From IMG/VR virus record IMGVR_UViG_3300022707_004402, positions 1 through 57,415 of that record: 57,415 bases of DNA, one strand, 5' to 3'. Positions 48,704 to 55,778 of the stretch are shown here, piece by piece. This DNA comes from a virus (lineage: Duplodnaviria > Caudoviricetes). Under the pieces are notes generated by a model. That model was not told the origin of the DNA. It ran no database searches and saw only the letters and a program-made list of their open reading frames with translations. The translations under genes and the position numbers were made by a program. Every line of letters begins with the position of its first letter. Within the stretch, counting starts at the first letter, position 1.

Positions 48704-49102
48704 TTAATCCCTTTCTTTTAAGAATTTCTTAATAGCCTTGGATACGTCGAGAGCAGTTACTTTCTCGAAACTTTCCCAGCTTCCGTGATCATTAGTAAAA
48801 AGCGTAACAGCTTCCTCATACTCTATTTTAAAATAACTGGCAACAGCGTCACAAGTTTCGGCTCCATCATAAACAGGGAGCCCCCGGTAAAAGCGCATTC
48901 CCGGTAATTGCTTTTCAATTAGGCCCCACCCAATGGCACAGGCTCCTGTTTTACAAACATCATCATCAAAATATTCTTTCTCTTTCCATCGCTTAAAATA
49001 AAACCCCCTCTTCTTCCACCTCTTTTGCCTTTCATGCAAGTCTTCAAGGTAGTCGGAAAACTGTAAAAGCGTTGGCTTTTCAGTCCTTGGTTTGATTGGC
49101 AT
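48704..49102 (-). CDS. Hypothetical protein
   Basis: 132 aa; CKTGACAIGW motif; AGGAGG RBS. Confidence 0.7.
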   Translation of the reverse strand: MPIKPRTEKPTLLQFSDYLEDLHERQKRWKKRGFYFKRWKEKEYFDDDVCKTGACAIGWGLIEKQLPGMRFYRGLPVYDGAETCDAVASYFKIEYEEAVTLFTNDHGSWESFEKVTALDVSKAIKKFLKERD

Positions 49103-49117
49103 CTAAATCCTCCTTTT

Positions 49118-49342
49118 TTATTTTGGTGCGTCAATGAATTTAATTTTGTGCGTCGGGACCTCGTGAATAGCGCCCCCTCTATCCTCCACGATTGCCACAA
49201 CCTCTGAATCAAAACCGTCCATAGAACCACTGTTACAAACCGCCCATTGATGAAAATAAACCCGTTCGCTTTCATAAATTGGATCACGTTTATCATTATT
49301 TTCACATTTCCCGGTGTAAAGTTGAACGATTGCTTGACGCAT
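49118..49342 (-). CDS. Hypothetical protein
   Basis: 74 aa; FHQW...VAIVED..G.I.EV...IKF; AGGAGGT RBS. Confidence 0.75.
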   Translation of the reverse strand: MRQAIVQLYTGKCENNDKRDPIYESERVYFHQWAVCNSGSMDGFDSEVVAIVEDRGGAIHEVPTHKIKFIDAPK

Positions 49343-49353
49343 TTAGACCTCCT

Positions 49354-49662
49354 TTATTTGATTTTGTAAAATTTCCGGCATTGTTCCATGTACGTTTTAA
49401 ACGCAGGGACCTCACCAAAGCTTTCAATCCGAATCTCGCCAATGATTTGAGTAATGGCCACCAGCCGTTCATTGTTAATCCAGACTTGGCGCCCATTATG
49501 AATGCAAAAGGACGCATAAATCTCGAAACCCGGAGGAATGTCAAATACGAATCTCCAGTTTAGAAGTTTTCCCGTCCAGCATTTATAGGATTTACACCAA
49601 TTCAATGCCGGCCAGGGAGATGGCTTTGGACAATACTTATTTGTGAAATCAGTGAGATTCAA
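49354..49662 (-). CDS. Hypothetical protein
   Basis: 102 aa, TTG start behind GAGGA. Confidence 0.55.
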   Translation of the reverse strand: MNLTDFTNKYCPKPSPWPALNWCKSYKCWTGKLLNWRFVFDIPPGFEIYASFCIHNGRQVWINNERLVAITQIIGEIRIESFGEVPAFKTYMEQCRKFYKIK

Positions 49663-49672
49663 CGCTTTTTCC

Positions 49673-49831
49673 TCACTTATTGGTTTTTTTGGGTTTGTAA
49701 TTTTTATAAATTTCGATTAATTCCTTCTTAAAACTTTCGGTCATTGAAAGGTTATTCGTTATAAATTCATGTCCTTGGCCTTCTTTTTTGGCCATTTTAA
49801 CCATTTGAATTAAGTGTTTTTTGACCGTCAT
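49673..49831 (-). CDS. Small hypothetical protein (52 aa), first gene of the leftward early operon
   Basis: MTVKKHLIQMVKMAKKEG...; AAAGGAG RBS just downstream of the promoter. Confidence 0.55.
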   Translation of the reverse strand: MTVKKHLIQMVKMAKKEGQGHEFITNNLSMTESFKKELIEIYKNYKPKKTNK

Positions 49832-49867
49832 TGAAAAACTCCTTTGTTAAAAATCCAACCTACACAC

Positions 49868-49947
49868 AATCTACACAATATACACACGAATGTCAACACA
49901 AGATTTGTGTATTAAAATATTGACTAAATGGCAGAATAAAGTATTTT
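49868..49947. promoter_or_regulatory. Main divergent promoter region
   Basis: Minus: TTGACA-17-TAGATT with TGTG extension (49896-49868), then the leader AGGTTGGATT. Plus: TTGACT-16-TATTTT (49920-49947). An ACACAA-GAT-TTGTGT palindrome lies between them. Confidence 0.7.
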
Positions 49948-49953
49948 GATAGT

Positions 49954-50115
49954 ATGGAAGTAAAGAAAATCAAATTTTCGGATAAGTGCCCCATGTGCGA
50001 TGGCCATGGTCACATCGAGGTTTTCTGTACAGATCATAAGCAGGATAGGCAAACCGAGATGTGTCCCGAGTGTCAGGGCGCCGGCATATTATCTGGACTT
50101 GCTGTTGTTAATTAA
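49954..50115 (+). CDS. Small DnaJ-type zinc-finger protein (53 aa)
   Basis: CPMCDGHG...CPECQGAG, two CxxCxGxG repeats; apparently leaderless. Confidence 0.7.
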   Translation: MEVKKIKFSDKCPMCDGHGHIEVFCTDHKQDRQTEMCPECQGAGILSGLAVVN

Positions 50116-50119
50116 TCAT

Positions 50120-50192
50120 TGCGGGGTAGATCAGTTGGTAGATCGTTGGGCTCATAACCCAAAGGCCACCGGTTCGAGTCCGGTTCCCGCTA
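50120..50192 (+). tRNA. tRNA-Met(CAT), initiator-like
   Basis: Cloverleaf with TTGGG-CTCATAA-CCCAA anticodon arm (three G-C pairs), unpaired position 1:72, ACCGG-TTCGAGT-CCGGT T-arm; CCA not encoded. Confidence 0.93.
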
Positions 50193-50199
50193 AATTTAT

Positions 50200-50265
50200 G
50201 TGGGCTGAAAGTCCTTAACTGGAGCCCTCCCACCGGTTCACCCCAGGGGACGAGGGGATGCCCAC
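50200..50265 (+). ncRNA. Structured RNA unit of array 2 (possible pseudoknot)
   Basis: GTGGGC/GCCCAC closing stem; GTCC/GGAC and CTGG/CCAG stems; loop CCCTC complementary to downstream GAGGG. Confidence 0.55.
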
Positions 50266-50273
50266 TCCTTTTA

Positions 50274-50335
50274 GCCAGGACAAGTGATTGCCTGGGAAAT
50301 CACGACCGTTTAGGCGTCACTGCCGGCGGCCTGGC
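50274..50335 (+). ncRNA. Structured RNA unit of array 2
   Basis: GCCAGG/CCTGGC closing stem; GTGATT/AATCAC hairpin whose loop GCCT can pair with downstream AGGC; followed by T8. Confidence 0.5.
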
Positions 50336-50345
50336 GCTTTTTTTT

Positions 50346-50491
50346 GGACCGTGGCGGAATTAGTAAGAGTCGCAATCTTACCAAAGACGCAGGCCGAAGT
50401 GGGTACGTGGATAACCAATCCTACAAAACGCGGGAATAGCGACCAGGACAGGCTTCCCGCAATCCCTTGGTGAAAGTCCTTGGGCGGTCCT
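50346..50491 (+). ncRNA. tRNA-like RNA with expanded D-loop and no canonical anticodon arm
   Basis: 7-bp acceptor GGACCGT/GCGGTCC; GGCGGAAT...AGACGC D-arm with an inserted GTAAGA/TCTTAC hairpin; GCGGGAA/TTCCCGC arm; T-like arm with a TGAAAGT loop. Confidence 0.65.
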
Positions 50492-50500
50492 AAAATTTAA

Positions 50501-50594
50501 GTGGAGGGAGTATTCCCCCTGATTCTACGAAAGTGGGAGACTGGGTAAAAAAGGGAATGCTGGCATTAAGCGAGGGTTGGCGAAATGCTTTCAC
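50501..50594 (+). ncRNA. Structured RNA unit of array 2
   Basis: GTGGAGG/CTTTCAC closing stem, AGTATTCCC/GGGAATGCT stem, TTCTAC-GAAA-GTGGGA hairpin, GCATT/AATGC stem; abuts tRNA-Ile. Confidence 0.55.
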
Positions 50595-50666
50595 AGGCCC
50601 GTAGTCCAACGGTTAGGGCGCCAGTCTGATAAACTGGAAACGATGGTTCAATTCCATCCGGGCCTA
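50595..50666 (+). tRNA. tRNA-Ile(GAT)
   Basis: AGGCCCG/CGGGCCT acceptor, CCAGT-CTGATAA-ACTGG anticodon arm, GATGG-TTCAATT-CCATC T-arm. Confidence 0.92.
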
Positions 50667-50684
50667 TTTAAATGAAGGAATTAA

Positions 50685-50855
50685 ATGAGACCTGAAATGG
50701 AAAGCCGGTTTAAAACCGACCACAAGCATGAATGGATTTTTTGGGGAGAAGAAACCAGCGTTTTTGAATTTCAGCCGTCCAAGCTAATTTATATCTGCGG
50801 GTATATTGGATGCGAATGCAGACGCGTTGAATTTTCAGGGCCGACAAAGATTTAA
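50685..50855 (+). CDS. Small hypothetical protein (56 aa, His/Cys motif)
   Basis: MRPEMESRFKTDHKHEW...YICGYIGC; AAGGA RBS. Confidence 0.5.
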   Translation: MRPEMESRFKTDHKHEWIFWGEETSVFEFQPSKLIYICGYIGCECRRVEFSGPTKI

Positions 50856-50982
50856 CTTAAAATGTACGCACGATTTGCACAAGAATGTATATTAACTCTT
50901 TAAATATTAGCGCCGAAAGAAATGTGGTGTGTGTAGTATTAAATCTTTATATATTAATTCCCAGAGTAAAAGTTACCTAAAT

Positions 50983-51112
50983 AGGCAATTGATTTAGCGC
51001 ATTGAGTTCAGTCTGCTAAGAAGTTTTCGATGGCATCGCTTTCTTCCCAACGACCGACCTCCTTTGAAAGATCCAACCGATCTCAATCAAAGTAAATCAG
51101 TTGCCTTTTTTT
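50983..51112 (+). ncRNA. Candidate trans-acting small RNA with an anti-SD loop
   Basis: 14-bp closing stem AGGCAATTGATTTA/TAAATCAGTTGCCT + T7; ATTGAG/CTCAAT inner stem; unpaired ACCTCCTTTG-N4-ATCCAACC. Confidence 0.55.
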
Positions 51113-51125
51113 ATAATTTTAATTT

Positions 51126-51240
51126 CTAATTGACAAATATCACCATTTTACCACACTAATTGACGGCAATCATGGTCAATTAAACAAGGAAGATTCCATA
51201 AATTTGTCAATCGACGTTTCTTTCCTTTTTTTATTGACAA
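51126..51240. repeat. Cluster of ATTGAC/GTCAAT direct and inverted repeats upstream of terS
   Basis: CTAATTGAC twice; ATTGACAAAT/ATTTGTCAAT 10-bp inverted pair; TAATTGAC/GTCAATTA inverted pair; a fifth ATTGACAA near 51233. Confidence 0.55.
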
Positions 51241-51323
51241 AAAGCTACCCCATCTTTTAAATTTTAATTAAATTAATAGCTGAGAGAACACATGGCCGAT
51301 TATGGTCGAAAGATTTGTTCAAA

Positions 51324-51947
51324 ATGGCTGCACAAAAGAAAGATAATGTTAAAGCACCTTCCGGCTTAAAAAATCCCAAATCCAATTTACAGCCAGCCTT
51401 TAATGCACCAAAACGTGTAGCCAAAAAGAAATCCAAGAAAAAGAAAAGACCAGTCGGTAGGCCCAATATTTCTCAAAAAAATCTCGTTGACTTTTTGTTT
51501 CTTTACGGTTCTACTTCGATGTCCATGAATTCAGTCGCAAATAAACTCGGAATCGGTGTGCGCACAATTTGGAATCATATCCAGAAAAACGACGAATTTA
51601 GGCGCAAATACGAAGATACCAGGAAAAATAAAGTGGAGGTCCTTATTGAGGAAATTCTGGATGTGGCCGACGATGGCACCAATGATTGGATGACCAACAA
51701 ACAGGGCGAGGATATCATAAATCACGAGGTTGTCCAGCGCAGCCGCCTCCGCGTTGATGCCCGAAAATGGCTGGCCTCCAAATTTGTTCCAAAAATGTAC
51801 GGAGAAAAATTACATACAGAGCACAGCGGTAAAATAAAATTTAATGATAACTCGGTTGAAGCCATGTCCCAAGAAGAACGCAAAAAGGAAATAGATCGAA
51901 TGATTTCTCTCAGACAGCTCCATCCCGATGCCACCTCCCAGAATTGA
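51324..51947 (+). CDS. terS: Terminase small subunit
   Basis: HTH region followed by EILDVADDGTND...EVVQRSRLRVDARKWLASKFVPKMYG, a typical TerS motif; start may be TTG 51315. Confidence 0.9.
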   Translation: MAAQKKDNVKAPSGLKNPKSNLQPAFNAPKRVAKKKSKKKKRPVGRPNISQKNLVDFLFLYGSTSMSMNSVANKLGIGVRTIWNHIQKNDEFRRKYEDTRKNKVEVLIEEILDVADDGTNDWMTNKQGEDIINHEVVQRSRLRVDARKWLASKFVPKMYGEKLHTEHSGKIKFNDNSVEAMSQEERKKEIDRMISLRQLHPDATSQN

Positions 51948-52437
51948 TTCCATTAAGAACATTGATCGTGACCTCGATTATCGGGTGCACACCGATGTCA
52001 TGGGATTAAAATATTATACCGATAAAAAAAATCTTCCCGATACTAGCAATGATGACATGATTCTGGAGCCTTCCAAAATCACTTATGTGACTACCACGCT
52101 CTGGAATGAGATTCACCGGGGCAGCCCGTTAATGAATATTGAGCTCGTTCCCTATTATTCGAGCAATCCCAACGACGCTATCCGGATCCAGAGCGTAATG
52201 TCCGAACACGGGTTTGCTACTAATACGGAATACAGTCCCGATAAAAAATCTATTGCCGTGGGGTTTTTTATGATGCCGCTGACCCCTCAAACCCCTCAAG
52301 GCCTTGCCCAACACGAAACCATTTCCCGAGCTGCTTGCTTTGCTGCATTGGCGGCGCTCGAGGATAAAAAGAAAAAGAGTGAACTTTTAAAAAAGGAGAT
52401 GCCAAATGAGAAACGTGACCAAACTGGAGCTAGTTAA
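51928..52437 (+). CDS. Phage ABA-sandwich-like domain protein
   Basis: LD.RV...VMG, VPYYSSN.NDA and AQHETISRAAC.AAL.A. Confidence 0.65.
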   Translation: MPPPRIDSIKNIDRDLDYRVHTDVMGLKYYTDKKNLPDTSNDDMILEPSKITYVTTTLWNEIHRGSPLMNIELVPYYSSNPNDAIRIQSVMSEHGFATNTEYSPDKKSIAVGFFMMPLTPQTPQGLAQHETISRAACFAALAALEDKKKKSELLKKEMPNEKRDQTGAS

Positions 52438-52708
52438 TTGCGTTGCCGATAAAACCGGCCTTACCAAAGTCGATGTTTTAATGGTTTTTAAAAACCTCAC
52501 TCAATTAATTCAAAAGAATTTGATTCAGGGAAACAAGGTCTTCCTGAAAGGCTTTGCAGTTTTTAAACCTCAAATCAGAAAAGCCCGGATAGTCAGGAAT
52601 CCAAAGAATAGAAAAACCTATGATTGGCCAGGCGGGGGATCGGTTAAATGCACTTTTCCAGACGATACCAAGCAGGGCGTTCAGCGTCTTTACGAGGCGG
52701 CCAAATGA
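52406..52708 (+). CDS. HU/IHF-family DNA-binding protein
   Basis: TKLELV..VADKTGLTK.D...I...L.QG.KV.LKGF.VF....RKAR.VRNPK. Confidence 0.9.
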   Translation: MRNVTKLELVNCVADKTGLTKVDVLMVFKNLTQLIQKNLIQGNKVFLKGFAVFKPQIRKARIVRNPKNRKTYDWPGGGSVKCTFPDDTKQGVQRLYEAAK

Positions 52709-52718
52709 AGGAGGGGGA

Positions 52719-52949
52719 ATGAGCTACGATTTTTCCAAAGTAATTTCCAATGCCTGGCCCCAGACAACCCAGCGAGCAATGGAGGGGTCCCACTGCCTTT
52801 GCTGCAATAAGTGTGGGTTTATAGTCTCCACTAAAAATGATATCGGATTCTCGTCCAAAGTAGACGAGCCAATGGCCGGAATCTGCTGCAAGGACCCAGA
52901 CTATAGATTCGTTCAAACAGAATTCCCGGGTTTGGGTGGTGGACTTTAA
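52719..52949 (+). CDS. Cys-rich hypothetical protein
   Basis: Start moved to ATG 52719 behind AAGGAGG; CCNKCG...CC.DPDY. Confidence 0.6.
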   Translation: MSYDFSKVISNAWPQTTQRAMEGSHCLCCNKCGFIVSTKNDIGFSSKVDEPMAGICCKDPDYRFVQTEFPGLGGGL

Positions 52950-52961
52950 AAGGAGGCAAAA

Positions 52962-53537
52962 ATGAAAGACCGTCGAGCCATGTTATCGGATTTTAACACA
53001 TTTGTGGATAGATTTTTAAAAGCTTTTTTTGAATTTGGTGATTCAAATTGTTTGTCTGTTGACGAGGCCTTAGAAAAAGCCAAATTCGATTTGGAGGAGG
53101 AGTCTTTAAGTGATCAGGAAATATTTGAAAAGTGCGCTGTAGTTTCTTCCGCAGTTACCGGAAAACCGGAAGCCAAGGGGGATGATCCTCAAAATGTTTA
53201 CACTTATGTTGGCGAATCTTTTGCAAATTTAGGCGAAATGGGATACGGTAAAATATTAATGGGTCATTTTACAAGATCCCTCAAGCCCCTAATCGACTAT
53301 GCCAAAGCCCAAAAGGAAAGACTTGATCCTGTGATGGAAGAGAGGGACGGTTCGGTCAAGGAACGAATATTCTTAGCGAATAGGATTCAAGAAAAAGATG
53401 TGCTGATTGCAAAGCTCCGAGCAGCCCTGGAACCAAACCCACGACAAATAATGGCGGAGTCTTTACACAATAATCTTAAAGAAAATGGATATCAGATAAT
53501 CAAAAAACCAGACCCCGAAATCATGGGGGAAGGATGA
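52962..53537 (+). CDS. Hypothetical protein
   Basis: 191 aa, AGGAGG RBS. Confidence 0.7.
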   Translation: MKDRRAMLSDFNTFVDRFLKAFFEFGDSNCLSVDEALEKAKFDLEEESLSDQEIFEKCAVVSSAVTGKPEAKGDDPQNVYTYVGESFANLGEMGYGKILMGHFTRSLKPLIDYAKAQKERLDPVMEERDGSVKERIFLANRIQEKDVLIAKLRAALEPNPRQIMAESLHNNLKENGYQIIKKPDPEIMGEG

Positions 53538-53713
53538 ACGCACATAAATTTAAAAGTGATAAGGTGGATCATGACGGCTATTCCTTGGTTGTTTACTGTG
53601 AATATTGCGGAACAGTAGCTTTTTATGCAAATTGGAGCAGCAAGTATGAGAACTACCAAGAAAAAGCAAACAAGCCATGTCCATTAGCACCAGCACCACA
53701 AAAGGGAGAATAA
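53534..53713 (+). CDS. Small hypothetical protein (59 aa, CxxC)
   Basis: MNAHKF...YCEYCG...PCP; coupled at both ends. Confidence 0.55.
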   Translation: MNAHKFKSDKVDHDGYSLVVYCEYCGTVAFYANWSSKYENYQEKANKPCPLAPAPQKGE

Positions 53714-53880
53714 TGGCCAAGATAATTGAACTGATTTATACTGAGGAGCGTCGGGGATTGGGAAAAACCTTTGATGATCCTGTTAGAATGGTTCCGCAAT
53801 GGTGGACAAAAGAAGGAGAATTGCTTTTCGAGAAAGATACTGTAAAAGATGGTTCTCGAATTACTAAGGAGGTGGGTTGA
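53713..53880 (+). CDS. Small hypothetical protein
   Basis: Start moved to ATG 53713; RRGLG...DPVR.V.QWW..EGELL.E.D. Confidence 0.6.
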   Translation: MAKIIELIYTEERRGLGKTFDDPVRMVPQWWTKEGELLFEKDTVKDGSRITKEVG

Positions 53881-54078
53881 ATGGATTATTGGGAGGTTGA
53901 GAATCCCCTTTGGAAAAATATTTATGACTTTTTTATTTATGAACAATATGAAGATAAAGGATATCAATATTTGGGTCTAGAAAAAGACATGGTAGTTAAA
54001 ATAGTTGCTGATGATGACGCTAAATATGCAACGGAGCAATTTTTCTACGAACTGTTAGGCCTGCCAAATGAAAATTAA
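53881..54078 (+). CDS. Hypothetical protein
   Basis: 65 aa, AGGAGGT RBS. Confidence 0.55.
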   Translation: MDYWEVENPLWKNIYDFFIYEQYEDKGYQYLGLEKDMVVKIVADDDAKYATEQFFYELLGLPNEN

Positions 54079-54100
54079 ATATTTGAAGGAGGGGGTTTAA

Positions 54101-54343
54101 ATGGAAAAAACTAATGGAATTTTAAATGCAATCATAGTTGTGGGGCCAGGAACCCGGTTGGATGAAAAGATAAATTTTGAACACTGTACTTTTTTGCTTA
54201 AAGAGGGAATTGCAGTGATTTCTCTTGAAGCCGCAATTTCCCACAAGAATTGTTCTTTTCAAAAATTCAGCACAGAGCTTTTTATTGTTACGCCCCTCGA
54301 TAATGGAAGCGCAATGATTAATAAACAGGATATTGAAAAATGA
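54101..54343 (+). CDS. Hypothetical protein
   Basis: 80 aa, AAGGAGG RBS. Confidence 0.55.
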   Translation: MEKTNGILNAIIVVGPGTRLDEKINFEHCTFLLKEGIAVISLEAAISHKNCSFQKFSTELFIVTPLDNGSAMINKQDIEK

Positions 54344-54552
54344 AAACAAAATCTTTGGCAGAAGGGCCGATTGAGGTTGAAATGCTTGGAGGACGGCCGT
54401 ATGCACATTTTTGGTGGGAAGTTAAAAATCCTAAATTGTTTGGACTTCAAGTCTTATTTATGAAAGGATATTTATTAACCAAGCAAGGAGCCGAACGCAA
54501 TTGGGAACGACTGGCCCGGATTAATCATTGGGAGAATTGGAAATTTATTTAA
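54340..54552 (+). CDS. Hypothetical protein
   Basis: 70 aa, ATGA-coupled. Confidence 0.55.
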   Translation: MKTKSLAEGPIEVEMLGGRPYAHFWWEVKNPKLFGLQVLFMKGYLLTKQGAERNWERLARINHWENWKFI

Positions 54553-54565
54553 AAAGGAGAATGCT

Positions 54566-54727
54566 ATGGGCGAATCACTTTGGATGAAATTTATTAGCTA
54601 CCAACAAGAGAAAATTCCAGACTTTCCAAGGGAGGCTATCTTAATGGGGGGCATTGAGGGACTATTAGGTGGATTCGAGGAATGGCTACGAATGACTGGC
54701 CACATTAAAGAGGATGGTTCACTTTGA
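54566..54727 (+). CDS. Small hypothetical protein (53 aa)
   Basis: MGESLWMKF...; AAGGAG RBS. Confidence 0.5.
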   Translation: MGESLWMKFISYQQEKIPDFPREAILMGGIEGLLGGFEEWLRMTGHIKEDGSL

Positions 54728-54753
54728 AAAACTTATAAAAGCGGGGAATGTGA

Positions 54754-55122
54754 ATGATCAAAGAAATCCGAATCTGGGACAGAACCATGAAAACCATGGA
54801 ATACGGGAATATGTACGAATTAAGCCCCACTGGGGCCCAGGATGAGGTTGTGATGCAGGGCACCGGTAAAACTGATCGAGCAAATAATGATTTATACGAT
54901 GGTGATTTGGTCCGTAATGACACCGGCCGCATGGGTAAAATTTGTTGGTTCAAGCACGGCGCTCGATGGGATGTGACGGCGGTCAATGCCATGGGCGAGC
55001 CTGGGGAGGATTTCGATCCGGTCAATTGGGAACGCAAGGTTTTGAAAGTCGGGAACATCTGGGAGAATCCAGAAATCTTGGAAAGAAAAATTCCACCTTA
55101 TAGAGGAGTGGCAACACAATAA
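54754..55122 (+). CDS. YopX-family protein
   Basis: EIRIWD...MQGTGKTDRANNDLYDGDLV...VGNIWENPEIL. Confidence 0.9.
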   Translation: MIKEIRIWDRTMKTMEYGNMYELSPTGAQDEVVMQGTGKTDRANNDLYDGDLVRNDTGRMGKICWFKHGARWDVTAVNAMGEPGEDFDPVNWERKVLKVGNIWENPEILERKIPPYRGVATQ

Positions 55123-55155
55123 TTATATTTGTGTAAGCTTAACAAAGGAGATGCC

Positions 55156-55401
55156 ATGCAACCCTATCTTGGTGCAAAAATTATTAAAGCGGAGCCGATG
55201 TCCAGAAATGAATTCGGCAAAGAACGCGGCGGGGAGATCATTGATTCCGGGAACGATAAGCCCGGCTATCACGTTGCCTACCCAGACCCCAAAGGCGGTG
55301 AATACCACAGTTGGTCCCCGAAAGCAGTTTTCGAAGAAGCTTATCGGCCGCTGAATCCCGGCGAGACCGAGTTTATTATCAACCCAAAAAAGGAGGCATA
55401 A
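55156..55401 (+). CDS. Conserved small phage protein
   Basis: YLGAKIIKAEPM...GYHVAYPD...Y.SWSPKAVFEEAYR; start moved to 55156 behind AAAGGAG. Confidence 0.75.
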   Translation: MQPYLGAKIIKAEPMSRNEFGKERGGEIIDSGNDKPGYHVAYPDPKGGEYHSWSPKAVFEEAYRPLNPGETEFIINPKKEA

Positions 55402-55778
55402 TGCCAAATCCAAATGATGCGCCGCTTGACCCGGCCATAAGAAAAAAGATGCAAGCCGAAGCAGAAGCGGCTCCCAAAACTGAGGAAGCGCCGGCGCCGG
55501 CACCAAACGCTCCGCCAAAGCCAACTGAACCCCCTCCGGTACCAGCACCGGAAGCGGCACCAGATGCACCCCCGGAATCGCCACCCGCTCCTGCAGACGC
55601 GGCTCCTATTACCGAGGCAGACCGGACGGTGACCACCAAGGATGGTCAGAAAATCGTTTTCGGAAGCCTGGAGAAGAAGCAGCAGTATTTGGTGAATCAG
55701 AGCCAGGAAACGGATCGAATCACAAATAAGGGCGGATTGCGCCAGGCCATCAATCAGACCAAGAAAATCAATGGCTAA
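55401..55778 (+). CDS. Pro/Ala-rich hypothetical protein
   Basis: Start moved to ATG 55401 behind AGGAGG; low-complexity PA/PE linker. Confidence 0.65.
   Translation: MPNPNDAPLDPAIRKKMQAEAEAAPKTEEAPAPAPNAPPKPTEPPPVPAPEAAPDAPPESPPAPADAAPITEADRTVTTKDGQKIVFGSLEKKQQYLVNQSQETDRITNKGGLRQAINQTKKING

Noticed and set aside
50200-50265. Twister or hammerhead ribozyme
   Set aside because: It has TAA and GAGGG words, but the helix order does not fit the twister consensus and there is no CTGATGA core. Kept only as an unknown pseudoknot candidate.
50000-50473. ORFs 50000..50218 and 50288..50473
   Set aside because: They overlap tRNA-fMet, the true zinc-finger frame and the tRNA-like RNA.
50994-51050. 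Minus-strand 18-aa peptide (MGRKRCHRKLLSRLNSMR) as a type I toxin
   Set aside because: TTG start and no hydrophobic helix; noted only as the alternative reading of the sRNA locus.
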